This document shows positions 47,471-60,532 of a stretch of DNA of 64,000 bases, piece by piece. Numbering within the stretch: the first letter of the stretch is position 1; each line of letters opens with the position of its first letter. Below the pieces are notes generated by a model, which was not told the DNA's origin, did not search any database, and worked only from the letters and a program-made list of their open reading frames with translations. Made by a program: the position numbers and the translations under genes. Origin of the DNA: Asterias rubens (lineage: Eukaryota); the NCBI RefSeq assembly GCF_902459465.1, contig NC_047070.1:4030001-4094000 (forward strand). The letters run 5' to 3'.

Positions 47471-48715
47471 ATGGATGACATCCAAGTTGGCAACTCTTCC
47501 ACTGAGATACAGCCGAGTGACTTTCAAATAGACGTGGGTACTTACGTGTACCGTGTGATGAGCACCGTTACTATTCTGTTGCTCGGAGTGCCTGGAAACT
47601 CTCTCATTCTCCGCGTGTATTGGTCAAAGGCGATCACGACAAGCACACACATTCTGGTCATGTCGTTGGCTCTGATGGATCTCGCCATCTGTTTATGTCA
47701 GGTCTCTGATCTTTTGTCCGATGTTGCGCAAATAACTGGTCAAATAAATAAGCACATCATGTTTGAGATAATGGGATGGATTGAGGACACCTGCATTAGT
47801 TCTTCTGTTGGTCTCACCGTAATCATTGCACTGGATCGTTACGACTGTATCTGCCGTCCGCAACGGCGATTTTTTAATGCGACAAGAGGAAAGGCGGCAG
47901 CTTTCATTTCATTTCTGGTCGCTTTATCTTCAACAACTCCAAAATTCATCAAGGTATTTATGAACACTGACCTTCCCACATTGGAACAAGTAACGTTGGG
48001 AACTTATCTAGCCTATTTATTAATTGCATTTGTGGTCATCATCATTTCTTATTCTAGGGTCTACATGACAATCCGAAAGCATGTCAAAATTGGTTTGCCG
48101 TCCAAGATGGCCAAAGCCGATGTTAGCCCTCCGAAGATCGACCAACAACCAAACCCTAACCAACAAACAAACCCTGCTATAACTGCTGCACCAATAAAAC
48201 CAGAACCAGCTTTACTAACTGTTCCTGACAAATCGGGCAATATGTCACTTCAGAAGATATCAGTAGCATCTATTTCTACCTCCTTGGTAACATCATCATC
48301 GACAAGCGAAACTAACAAGGCGGCCTCAGAGGGTAGCAGTGAGAACAACGTCCACCCCACTACGTCACAGATGGGCACGAGTGGGTCCAAAGTTTCAGAT
48401 CAAGCGCACCGTGACAACAGAGGGCGTCGTGTGAAAACAACTGATGCCCCTTCTCTGCAGCGGAAGACCACCAGAATGTTGTTGATTACCAGTGTGGTGT
48501 TAATGGTGACCTGGCTGCCATATTGTGTTTACCTCTGTGTCTATATTGCTGGCCTTAATGGGTTGAGTACCAGCCCAATAATCGTAGATATACTAAGTCA
48601 GTTTTTTTCTGTTTTGTACGTGAACAATTTCTGTAACCCCATTATTTATGGACTTGCAAATAGACGGTTTCGAAAAGACTGTGTGGAACTGCTACGCAAT
48701 CTTCACATTTGTTAG
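47471..48715 (+). CDS. Intronless orphan class A (rhodopsin-like) GPCR, 414 aa
   Basis: Seven hydrophobic segments with GVPGN (TM1), LALMD (TM2), DRY (TM3), WLPY (TM6), NPIIY (TM7) and helix 8 NRRFRKD. It has an N-terminal NSS sequon and a long Ser/Thr-rich third intracellular loop. Confidence 0.92.
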   Translation: MDDIQVGNSSTEIQPSDFQIDVGTYVYRVMSTVTILLLGVPGNSLILRVYWSKAITTSTHILVMSLALMDLAICLCQVSDLLSDVAQITGQINKHIMFEIMGWIEDTCISSSVGLTVIIALDRYDCICRPQRRFFNATRGKAAAFISFLVALSSTTPKFIKVFMNTDLPTLEQVTLGTYLAYLLIAFVVIIISYSRVYMTIRKHVKIGLPSKMAKADVSPPKIDQQPNPNQQTNPAITAAPIKPEPALLTVPDKSGNMSLQKISVASISTSLVTSSSTSETNKAASEGSSENNVHPTTSQMGTSGSKVSDQAHRDNRGRRVKTTDAPSLQRKTTRMLLITSVVLMVTWLPYCVYLCVYIAGLNGLSTSPIIVDILSQFFSVLYVNNFCNPIIYGLANRRFRKDCVELLRNLHIC

Positions 48716-48810
48716 ATTTGAATAACCATAACATATCACCTTATTATAGAGCCATAACATATAAATTCATCATATAGCCACATATATAACTATAACATAT
48801 AAACGTTATA

Positions 48811-48922
48811 TACGTGAAAATGTATTGTAAACCTATTATTTACGGTCTTGCAAATACACAATTTCGAAAATGTTATGTGGCATTGCTAAATGCAATCTTC
48901 ACATTGGATTTGAATAACCTAA
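48811..48922 (+). pseudogene. Duplicated fragment of the GPCR TM7/helix 8 tail
   Basis: TACGTGAAAATGTATTGTAAACCTATTATTTACGGTCTTGCAAATACACAATTTCGAAAA... translates YVKMYCKPIIYGLANTQFRKCYVALL versus the gene's YVNNFCNPIIYGLANRRFRKDCVELL. The 3' UTR start GATTTGAATAACC is also copied. Confidence 0.8.
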
Positions 48923-50441
48923 CATAGCCATAATATAGTGACCTGTGACATCACATGTTTACAAAAGAGCCACAGAGCCTGGACTTCCTGCAGGCACGAT
49001 TTGTACACAGCTCAATGGAAGAAAATATGAATTCTTATATTTGATGGAGATTGCACTGTCTAATTCTTATCAACTTTTGATATGATGATAGGGGGCACAT
49101 TTCAAAACTTGTCCAGCTTTTACTTTCATAACTCTTGGTTTTATGTGGAAATTATGACACAAAATGTCAACTTTCCCATAGGACCAGTGTAGTACAGTGC
49201 CTGCCAGAATACTTAAAGAATGTCCAAGGTCACACTTATTGTAAACAAAGGTCACATGGTCTATACGCAGCCCTATAGCATTTCTTTAACATTAGCATGT
49301 CAAGTCCACATTAAGTACACCCAACTTATGAGCCTTAAGGAACACGTTGCCTTGGATCGGTCGAGTTGGTCTTTGAAAAGCGTTTGTAACCGTTTGTTAT
49401 AAAATGCATATGATTAGAAAGATATTTTAAAAGTAGAATTTAATGATGCACACAAGTATCACTCGAAATATTGCGTGGTTTTCCTTTTACCTCGTTAACG
49501 TTAAATGTGTACCTGTTATAAAAGCAAGTCGTCAATGTTTTCACGAAGGGAAGGGCTTGTCGGATTTGTTTCTTCTTTTTTTCCGTACTTTTTACTTTCA
49601 ATTTGTTTATTTTTATAATAGGCCTATTATTAGTACTATTTTATATTCCCCCTTTTTTTCTTTTTCTTCGCTTATTAGATTAATGATAGTGAAGTGTTTG
49701 TGAGTAATATATAACCGAAACATCAGCACCCTCATTCCGGCGCCATTTTTCCAACATTATTTCTACCTCCATGCCTCAACTAAGTCGATTTGGCAGGAGA
49801 TTCGGTCCCTGGTCATTCTGTCCCACATACAGCAAACTATGTACAAACTATACTGATAGCGCCCTCTTTTGAAACTTCCTCCTTCAGCCCACTTTAATTT
49901 TCCATAATATGGGGGACAGAATTTTCAGCGGACCGATTTCCCTGGTACACCGGGACAGTAACATGGTCGGCTATTGACGATGTATGAAGATATGATTCTT
50001 CTACGGACAACCCTGAGCCTGTCGATTGTCTATCACAATTTTTCTCAAAGAGAACACTGGTATTACGTTATTCCTATGTCGAGATCGGAGATGCCAACAT
50101 GATCACCATCGTCGGGTTTTTCACAAGCAATGGAAAATTATATTGTATGATATTTCACGGCGTAAATACAAAAGTGTACGTCTTGTCTTAGTAACAAATT
50201 TCAAAGCCTTTAAAATCGGAGAAGAGCAGTTGTTTTTTCAATCATGTATTTTTCTTTAATTTTTTCTTTAAGTTTGTGATCAAGAATATAGAGGCCTATT
50301 TGATGTGCATCTATTTTGCCTGTTTTTAATTGTTGTTCGTTGTCTCCCCAGGCTTCGTAGAGCCACACTATCGGTAGACTTGATTCAAGTCCCGTTCTCG
50401 TGTGAGGTCCCTAAGCATATCGCGCCAACTAGCAAACAAGC

Positions 50442-50603
50442 CGTATACGCCTCTCTTAATACTTATGCATGACGTCGTAGTTCTTACCCAAAATGAGGCT
50501 ATGGGCGCACTTCCCCCTCACTTGCAGTGGCTGCGCCCATCGCCTCGTTTTGAGTTAGCATTGTGACGTACCTCATGCATAAAAAATTAAGAGAGGCGTA
50601 TAC
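50442..50603. repeat. Palindromic hairpin element
   Basis: GTATACGCCTCTCTTAAT ... ATTAAGAGAGGCGTATAC with an inner GAGGCTATGGGCGC/GCGCCCATCGCCTC stem. Confidence 0.75.
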
Positions 50604-53600
50604 AGTGCGTGCGCTCGCCGTCAAATAATGTGGTCCTGAAGGTCCTGTCCCGCGTGCGGAACAGGTTGGGGAATCCAGAACATCAAAAAGATGGTTTTCT
50701 GGCGATGGCATGCAAGCAAGGGATTGGGGGTGAGTCAAGTCCACTATTGGGAGAGGGACAATGCTGATGCATTGAATTCGAAAATGGGTCACGTGAAAAT
50801 AGTGAAAACCCGATTACACATTTTGCATGACATCGATGCACAATTAAACGCTCACTGAGCGATGAACTCCAACAGGGATTTTTTTTCTCATCAAAATGAC
50901 ATTTCAGATAGAAATATTCAAAAGGATGTTTTCTACTGTCATCATCATTAGACCGTGTAAGTTTTATGTAAATCTGTGATCTTCACGATTTTGTTTCTTA
51001 CAAATATTATGTATAATGTTCCTTTAAAATTACTTTAAAACCATGTGGCGTCTTTAACTAACCTTATACCAGTAGCATAAGATTTGCTCAAACGTCTAAT
51101 TGAACCGGAGACTGCTAATTGAACAGTCAGTCGTGTTGTTTGCTGTCATTATTGATATTTGTCTAACAAAGTGTGGGCCTAAAACTGCTAATAACTCACC
51201 CCGCGAAAACAATAAGTGTGGCAAATATTTGTTTTGTCTACTCTTACGCGGTCACCGTGGTCAAATGGTCGAGACTGCAGATGACTTGCAATCACGAGGT
51301 TGTTGATTCGAATCCCCCCAGCTAACCTCTGATTTCACATTGACTGCAAATACTGTCGTCAGAGTTACTGAACCGCAATTGCTTGATTAAACCAATGATA
51401 TGAGAGGGTTTGGCTGTTGCCAAATTGGCCTTTATTATATCCCCTTGTGTGAGTTTGCCGAGTTCCCTTGATGGGAACATCATCTAAACAAACAACAAAC
51501 CGTGAACCAGTCGGTCGTGCTGTTTGCTGTCATTACTGATATTTGTCTAACAAAGTGTTGACTAGAAATGCTAATAAGTCACCCAGCGAAAACAATAAGT
51601 GTGGCAAATATTTGTTTTTGTTCTACCGTCTACACCGATTTGTATTAAAGGAACGTACAGGTTTGGTATCTTTAAATTATCGGCACTAACTTGTTTTTGT
51701 TACAAGCCCACAGGCTAGCTTTCGATAGTATAAAGCATTTTGTGAAACATTTAACTTGTATGTACAAAGAGATTAGTTTGTATGCCCAAAATGTGAATCT
51801 GTGAAGTTGCGACGGCAACGTATTAGTGATTGTTCTTAATGCGGGGACATCCGCTCCAGATCTGAGAAGAAAAAAACACTCACAAACCTTTGAAAGTTTC
51901 TATTTCTTTTGATAGCGCCCCGTTTAAATAATACTCACGAACCCAACAGCCCATGTTAATGTCCCATTATTTCCAGGACACAGACTTGCCCGATGACACC
52001 GCCAGTGCTCGTGTGGACTTATGGACAAGTCGTCACTGCCGTGATAGTTCAATGAGTAGCTATTTCTTATCGTGATTGAAGACTGCTCTCGCGCGAGGCT
52101 ACTGGCTCCTTGACTCCTTTCCGAAACTTAGATCTATATATAGCCCTTTTCGAAAACCACGACTGCGGCTTTGGATTCGGCTTCAGGCTCTGCCCTCTCG
52201 TCTGAAGCCCTGAGCGTGTACGCAAAGCACGCACAAAATATTGTCAAAACAACCGCGGGGCCAAGCTATCATAAGATGAATCTGAAGCCGTGGATTTGAA
52301 AAGGTGTGGCAGTTGTCTCGCGTGGACCAGCAGTCTCGCGAAAACAACGCCAGTGTCACGAGAATCGCCGAGAGAGCCAGAACGCGAACACCAACAAACA
52401 TAACGACTTGTCAGCAAGTCTAGTGCATGTTCCACTCAATGCTGAATGATTTTCGCGTTGTCCCAGATTAACTTCCGTGTTACTCTTTCATACCATCCAC
52501 TCTTCATTTCCGTTCCCGGTTACCGCGGTTTTTCTTATATAAATAATTTCCAGGATGCCTCTGTAAAACATCACGAAGCTATAACTGATCCGGCATTAGC
52601 CCTCAATGAATTCCGCACATCACCATAGCAACCCATCCATTATTTCTCAGCCATCCTAAATTAAAAACAGGTGATCTTTTTGTCGAATTGTATTGACTTT
52701 TCGAGTTTTTCTATTCTGCGTTTGGGTTTAACTCTTTTCGGATACAGTTTTCTCAAACTATGTCTCTGCTTCAGATACAAAAATGTGCTGATAAGATGTT
52801 TATAATCAGTAAGCTTTCAGACTGTAAAGTTTATTTTAAAGACGCTGGACACTATTGGTAATTGTCAAAGACCAGTCTTCTCATTTGGTGTATTTCAACA
52901 TATGCATAAAATAAAAAACCTGTGCAAATTTGAGCTCAACTGGTCGTTGAAGTTGCAAGATAATAATGGCAGAAAAACACCCTTGTCACACGAAGATGTG
53001 TGCTATCAGATGCTTGATTTCGAGACCTCAAATTCTAAATCTGAGGTCTCGAAATCAAATTCGTGGAAATTACTTCTTTCTCGAAAACTATCGTTAGAGA
53101 GGGAGCCGTTTCTCACAATGTTTTATACCCATCAACCTCTCCCCATTACTCCTTATACCTAGTGTGGTTTCATGCTGAGAATTATTTTGAGTAATTACCA
53201 ATAGTGTCCGCTGCCTCTAAAGTAGGATGTTATTTTTATCATCACCGATCCTATATTAAAACAGTTATATGATAACTATAGGCGACCTTTCGAATCGTAA
53301 TGACTTTTCGAGTTCTTACGTTGTATTCTTTTTCTGACTCCTGGTTTGAAAAGGTTTTTGTGTAGGTCTGGTCTTACATGTCTCATGCACGCCCCTGGGT
53401 AATTCAGATGGGATCGTAAACCGACTTAGGGCATGTGTTGCTTACTCAAATGTCTCACCTCCATGTTAAATTTCCCTTGAGATTTCACCAGCAACAATCA
53501 CCCTCTAAAAATACGGACATGATTGCGTTTTAAATACATTCAGAGACGTTGTATTATTGCCGAAAGGTCGGAGCACTTAAACATTTGTTCACGCAAAGCA

Positions 53601-55010
53601 AAATAAATACTTTTCCATATTAGTGAACCCTTGTAGTACGGGAAAACAAATTCTGCAAGTTTTGATTGTTTTCATTTTGTATTCAACAGTGAAAGAGTTT
53701 TACGTCGTCTATCAACATCATAAGCAAGTCTAATGGGAGACTTTCTGGGACGATAGAGGGCAGCAGACTTACCGGGTAAATCCATTGTTCTCATAATTAT
53801 GCGCATGTTCAGAACTACGTAAACAATGGAAATTTACCCGGTATGTCTGCTGCCACCTAGCGTTGGAAAGTCTCCTATTCCTGGCAGTTTATCTAAAGGG
53901 TCTAGGTACTTTGTGCACAATGTCCACAGATTTACATTAAACTTATTACACAGTTTGAAGATAATGATGGTAGAAAGCTTCCCTTAAAGTATTACTTGCT
54001 GAGGTACTGTAAAGTGGACATTGAGTTTTGTGTCCTACAAAGGGTATAGGCCCTACCCAAATCCTTTAAAGCCATTGGACCCTTTCGGTAAACTGTATTG
54101 TCCAAGGCCCACACTTCGTGTATCACAACTTATATATATCAAATAACAAACCTGTGAAAATTTTGGCTCAATCGGTCATCGGAGTTGGGAGAAAATAACG
54201 GGGAAAAACCACCCTTGTTTCCGCACGTTTCGCCGTGTCATGACATGTGTTTAAAATAACTCCGTAATTCTCGACAGCGAGAATTGATAATTGTTTTAAT
54301 GTTTTCTCGAAAAGTAAAGCATTTCATGGAATAGTATTTCAAGTGAAGTCTTTCACTATTACCTTCTGTAAACCCTGTAAGTTATTTGTAAATCTGTGAA
54401 CTTTTTTTTTCTGTGCCGAAAGTGTATAATGGCTTTAACGGTCAGAATTCACCTGAGTGGATTTTGTTTGACTTTCGCTAGATCACCACATCAACCCTAA
54501 CAATTTTCAGTGAAGTAGACAACAAGAAATTTACGCAATGACGTCACTCTGTAGACACACAGGGATCAAAGTCTCCGGGTGTGCAAGCTCGTTGATTTCA
54601 TTGGCTGACGTAGCGCTGGTAACCAAATGAATTCTAGCTTGAGTAATTATATCCCCAGCCGTGACACTTGTGTCCTTAAGCAAGACACATAACCCTTACT
54701 TCGTCCTTCGGATGGGACTTAAAGCCGTTGGTCCCATGTGTTGTGTAAACGCATGTGAAAAAAACCCAGTGCACTTATCGAAAAGAGAAGGGGTTCGCCC
54801 CGGTGTTCCTGGCTGGATTGGCAGCATATTGCGCCACATCACCTTGTAAACCATTTCATGGTGTTTAAGGATTAGGTCTTATATCTTCTACCACCGAAAT
54901 CTGCTGTACTTCTAAACAAGAAAGTTTTTATTACCAGTAATTTTAAGAGTGATAACCAATATTAACGTAAATCATACTTTTCAGTGGTGGTCATCGGCAG
55001 TGTTGGTAAT

Positions 55011-55417
55011 GGAAGTGTCGTGGCCGAGCGGTTAAGAGCACCGAATTCAAACTCTGGTGTTTCTGATCAGCAGAGTGTGGGTTCGAATCCCAAGCCATGA
55101 CACATGTGTCCTTAAGCAAGATATTTAACCATTGCTTCGTCCTTTGGATGGGACGTAAAGCCTTTGGTCCCATGTTTTGTGTATTAACTCATGTAAAGAA
55201 CCCAGTGCACTTATCGAAAAGAGAAGGTGTTGGCCCCGGTGTTCCAGGCTGTACGTGGCTGCTGTATGCACCATAGCACCTCATATACCATTTTAAGGTG
55301 CTACATAATTGGGTCTCAGAATTCATCGCTGCAATAACCCTATCTTTCTGAAAGTTTGTATATACTCAGCGCCTTGAGTACCTTGTTTGGTAGATACGTG
55401 CGTTATATGACTTCGAT
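55011..55417 (+). mobile_element. tRNA-derived SINE, near full length
   Basis: Same head, body and tail as the 5791-6211 copy in opposite orientation. Confidence 0.8.
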
Positions 55418-56418
55418 TCAAACGCAAAGCAAAAATACATAAACAATTATTAGAAATTTTTTAGACGGGCTGCGTCGTAGTTAATTTTCATAGCGTCGAT
55501 TTGTGAGTAGCCAGGCAGGGAATTTTGGCAAAGTAACGGCTCGTATTTCAGAGAGAAAGAGAGAACAAGAAAACTAGAAATGTGTGCACAAACACAAGCT
55601 GTTTCGGATGTTTGAAATATTCTGAGCACGGGATGGACAATCAATGACGTCACTATAAATGTCATCTATAACGGCACATTAGAATAATGTACACGTCAAG
55701 TTTCAATCAAATCGAACACTGAGAAACAGTTGAGCAGAAATAAGATAACCTTTGCTAAGCAAAGACAAAGCGGGCATCACTCAGGCGGTTACGCCCCTAA
55801 ATGTTCCGGCACCCCTTTGTTCTGACAACCTATAAAGACACTGGACACTATTGGTAATTGTCAAAGACCAGTCTCCTCACTTGGTGTATCTCAAAATATG
55901 CATAAAATAACAAACCTGTGAACATTTGAGCTCAATTTATTGGTCGTCGAAGTTGCGGATATAATAATGCAAGAAAAATAACCCTTGTCACACGAAGTTG
56001 GGTGCGTTTAGATGGTTGATTTCGAGACCTCAAATTCTAAATCTGAGGTCTTGAAATCAAATTCGTGGAAAATGATTAGCATAAGGTTTTTGGTAACATG
56101 ATAAATTATAAGCATAAGGTTTTGTGCTAATAATTATTTTTGAGTAATTACCAATAGTGTCCACTGTCTTTAAACCCTATACCCTTATCCTAGCCCTATA
56201 ACTACTACACGTTTAAACCACGTCAGGTGAATGTTCATAAGGAATTAATTGCTTATCTAGAAAGACCAGTCAAAGCCAATATACTTTTGGCTATACTGCA
56301 GCACATTGTCTGGTAAACAATGCTCTTAGCAATAGTTTGTTTTGCCATCCACATTTTTGTTTGCTGTAACATGACTCATCATAAGAGGCCTCGGATGCCC
56401 ATGAACATTTTGCTCCCT

Positions 56419-56755
56419 ATAGACGATGTGACCTGTGACGTCACATGTTTACAAAAGAGCCACAAAGCCTGGACTTCCTGCAGGCATGATTTGTATACAG
56501 CCTAATGGAAGAAAACAGAAAAATCTTATGTTTTATTGAGACTTCACTGTCTAATTCCTATTAACTGTTGATATGGTCAAAGGGGGTACATCTCAAAACT
56601 TGTCCAGCTTTTACTTTCATAACTCTTGGATTGATGTGGAAATTATGTCACAAAATGTCAACTTGCCCATATGACTAGTGCAGTATCTCGCCTGCCAGAA
56701 TACTCAAAGAATGTACAAGGTCACACTTATTGACAACAAAGTTCACATGGTCTAT
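56419..56755. mobile_element. ATAGAC-terminated MITE (other copies 38615-38915, 48935-49265)
   Basis: Shared body GTGACCTGTGACATCACATGTTTACAAAAGAGCCAC...AAGGTCACACTTATTG...TCACATGGTCTAT in three places. Confidence 0.7.
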
Positions 56756-59724
56756 TTATTTTTTTGATAAAGAGAACTAGAAAATCTTTGAATTATTTTG
56801 CCTAGATTGATATTTGGAATCAGCCACTGTCCATTGCCCAAATTCACTGAGCTGCTTAAGCAGATTATTTTGCTTCACAGTTCCTTGCTTAGCAGAAATG
56901 GGCAGGGTACCAGTCACAAATTGTACACGTGACATGGCATTTTGGCTGGTAACCTTAATCTGCTTAGCATAATTGAGGTCAATTGAAGTGCCATAGTTTT
57001 CGAGAAAGAAGTAATTTTCTACGAATTTGATTTCGAGACCTCAAGTTTAGAACTTGAGGTCTCAAAATCAACTATTTAAATGCACACAACTTCGTGTGAC
57101 AAGGGTGTTTTTTCTTTCATTATTATCTCGCAAGTTCGATGACCGATTGAGCTTAAATTTTCACAGGTTTATTATTTTATGCATCTGTTGAGATACACCA
57201 ACTGTGAAGGGTAGTCTTTGACAATTACCAATAGTGTGCACTGCCTTTAAAGGAACACGTTGCCTTGGATCGGTCGAGTTGGTCTTTGAAAAGCGTTTGT
57301 AACCGTTTGTTATAAAATGCATTTGATTAGAAAGATATTTTAAAAGTAGAATACAATGATCCACACAAGTATCACTCGAAATTGCGTGGTTTTTCAATTG
57401 ACTCCCATAAATGGCCGACCGTGTTAGTTCGCAAAGTAAAAGGATATACACCGCACAATCTGGAGTGTTAACATTTGCACCATTAGACGTTGTAACATAA
57501 TTATAGATACCGAAAAGAACCCCAACATTTTACACAATGCGTAAATCTAACACTAATTTCTGGCAGCACAATTACATTGGTGTTGTTTTAACACCCTATA
57601 ATGGTAATTTAGATTCTCTCTTGTGTATCTAGTAATGTGACACTTGTGACAATAGCCATGTGGTCAAATTTAGCACCACAGTTGTTGCAGTGTACTAATA
57701 AACAAACCAGTATAGCTGCTCAAAACCGTAGTCATTCGATTCAATTTTAATCCAAACTCACATTTATTTCCATACCTCACACGGAAATTCAAAACGACAC
57801 ATAAAAAAATTAGTTAAAGGCAGTGGACACTATTGGTAATTATACTGTCTGTTATCATTTGAATGACAGCTTACCTCTTTCTCAAAAACTATACGTTAAC
57901 TTCAGAGGGAGGCGTTTCTCACAATGTGGTATCATTAACAGCTCTCCATTACTCGCTACCAAGTATTAGTTTTTATGCTTACAAATATGTTTGAGTACAT
58001 TACCAAAAGTGTCCACTGCCTTTAATGTGAGATCAAGTTGAACCTATAATTGTATTATTACATAAACGCTCTGGGATAAAATAAAAAAATAACGTAGTTA
58101 AAAATCAACCTATCCTTACCACTTTCTCTTCTTGTATCTACACCAAGAAATTCCCGCAGAGGTTGAACGAAGCTCCTCATATTATTATTATTATCATAAC
58201 TCAATTTTTATTTAAGAGTTAGCCTATATCATAAAAAGTACAATCGGTCAGCTCTCCTAGACCCCATCCCAAAATGCAACAACAATTATATTTTATGAGA
58301 GTGTAAAGCGCTAAACACTTTTGGTTGTCTTGTGTCATTTAGCAGAGTTCTTGTTTTTTTTTGGCGCCAGGAGTGTTATCATTGACAGACATGGCGCACT
58401 AGAAATTTTCAACATTATTATCGAACTATTCCACCCATTTTTTTAATTATCAATTTGCAATATTTGAAATGTAAAATTGTGGCTCTAATAGCGTTCTACC
58501 CAACCTCCAATTTAATCATGCAAAGTTGTTGTAAACGAGGACAGTTTTTAAATAAACCATTCTATCTATAACTATTCTATATTATCTATTATTTTGTATC
58601 GCGTTGAGCGCATTTTTTCAATTTATCGACTGAAAAGTGTTAAGGCCTTGACTTTTTTTCTGAGCAGCTGCTGGCGGTACCCAAAATTCCCCTGACAAAA
58701 GATGGCGTATTTTTATCTAAAGAGCTGTGAAAAGAAATATTATGGGCTATTGCTCCATCTTCAAGCCTCATTTGTTACATTGATTGAAGATAAGTTTTTC
58801 TTTCACGATGTCCACGCTCGCCGGATGTCCTGTGATCGAGGGCAGTGGTCCGTGGTATGAATATTATACTCAGAGAATACCAATCAATTAAAGGCATTGG
58901 ACACGTTTGATAATTGTCAAAGACCAGAGTTCCTTATAAAGAAAAATTACCAAGTTTGTATGAAAAGGTGCATTGGAAATGCCATTGCATTTGACGCCCT
59001 TCAAAATTAACATAAAACACCGAGCAACGCGTCACAATGTGAACTTTGGGTGTGGAGATTTTGTTTAGTCTGTTCTGCTTGGTTTGCACGATTTTCAAGG
59101 GACGGCTTTGCCTTTCATCTTTTGACTGGCGAAAAATTCCTTTGTTGATACTGGACCTCTTTGTACTGTTGATTCCACCGACGTCATGTTTCAAATTTCG
59201 TTTTGATGGAGTAAACATTAGATGGCACCTCACAGCATTACTTGATAGTCACATGGACACCTTTGGTATTTGTCAAAGACCAGTCTTCTCATCACGTGGT
59301 GTATTCCAACATATGCATAAAATAACAAACCTGTGAAAATTTGGGCTCAATTGAGGTCATCGCAATTGCAAGAGAATAAAGAAAGAAAACACCATTGTTG
59401 CATATACTTTGTATGCTTTCAGATGCATAATAAAAAGGCTTGATCTGAAGTATTTTATTATTTGAGGGAGGAATTTACCTCTTTCAAAAACCCCTATACG
59501 TTACTTCAGAGGGAGCCGTTTCTCACAATGATTTATACTATCAACAGCTCTCCAATAGCCCTTTTGAGGTATGGAGTAAACTGTTTGGTTTAGGCGTTTA
59601 CAGACAGATTTACCAAAACTCAATAGTGTCAAATGAATGTGTTCACCATATCTCAAAATGGCTTATTGCTCATTTCCAAATAAGTTTTTTTGCCAACATT
59701 CGTAATTACCAGTATAGTGTCCAA

Positions 59725-60532
59725 TAATGGGGCGGACACAATGGTTTGTAGGACACAAAGGGGCGGACACAATAGGGCAGACACAATAGTTTGTAGGACA
59801 CAATGGGTCGGACACAATGGTTCTACGGACACATTGGGCCGGACACAATGGTTTGTAGGACACAATGGGTCGGACACAACGGTTTGTAGGACACAATGGG
59901 ACGGACACAATGGTTTGTAGGACACAATGGGTCGGACACAATGGTTTGTAGGACACAATGGGTCGGACACAATGGTTTGTAGGACACAATGGGTCGGACA
60001 CAATGGTTTGTAGGACATAATGGGTCGGACACAATGGTTTGTAGGACACAATGGGGCGGACACAATGGTTTGTAGGACACATTGGGTTGGACACAATGGT
60101 TCTACGGACACAATGGGGCGGACACAATGGGGCGGACACAATGGTTTGTAGGACACAACGGGTCGGACACAATGGTTTGTAGGACACAATGGGTCGGACA
60201 CAATGGTTTGTAGGACATAATGGGTCGGACACAATGGTTTGTAGGACACAATGGGGCGGACACAATGGTTTGTAGGACACATTGGGTTGGACACAATGGT
60301 TCTACGGACACAATGGGGCGGACACAATGGGGCGGACACAATGGTTTGTAGGACACATTGGGTCGGACACAATGGTTCTACGGACACAATGGGGCGGACA
60401 CAATGGTTTGTAGGACACAATGGGTCGGACACAATGGTTTGTAGGACATAATGGGTCGGACACAATGGTTCTACGGACACAATGGGGCGGACACAATGGT
60501 TATACGGACACAATGGGGCGGACACAATGGTT
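59725..60532. repeat. Minisatellite of GGACACAATGG cores in alternating 17- and 14-bp subunits (31-bp period)
   Basis: GGACACAATGGTTTGTA + GGACACAATGGGTC repeated about 25 times, with GGGC and TTCTAC variants. Confidence 0.95.

Noticed and set aside
51977-52075. Exon-like GC-richer segment after TTATTTCCAG
   Set aside because: No convincing donor, partner exons or recognisable protein motif on either strand.
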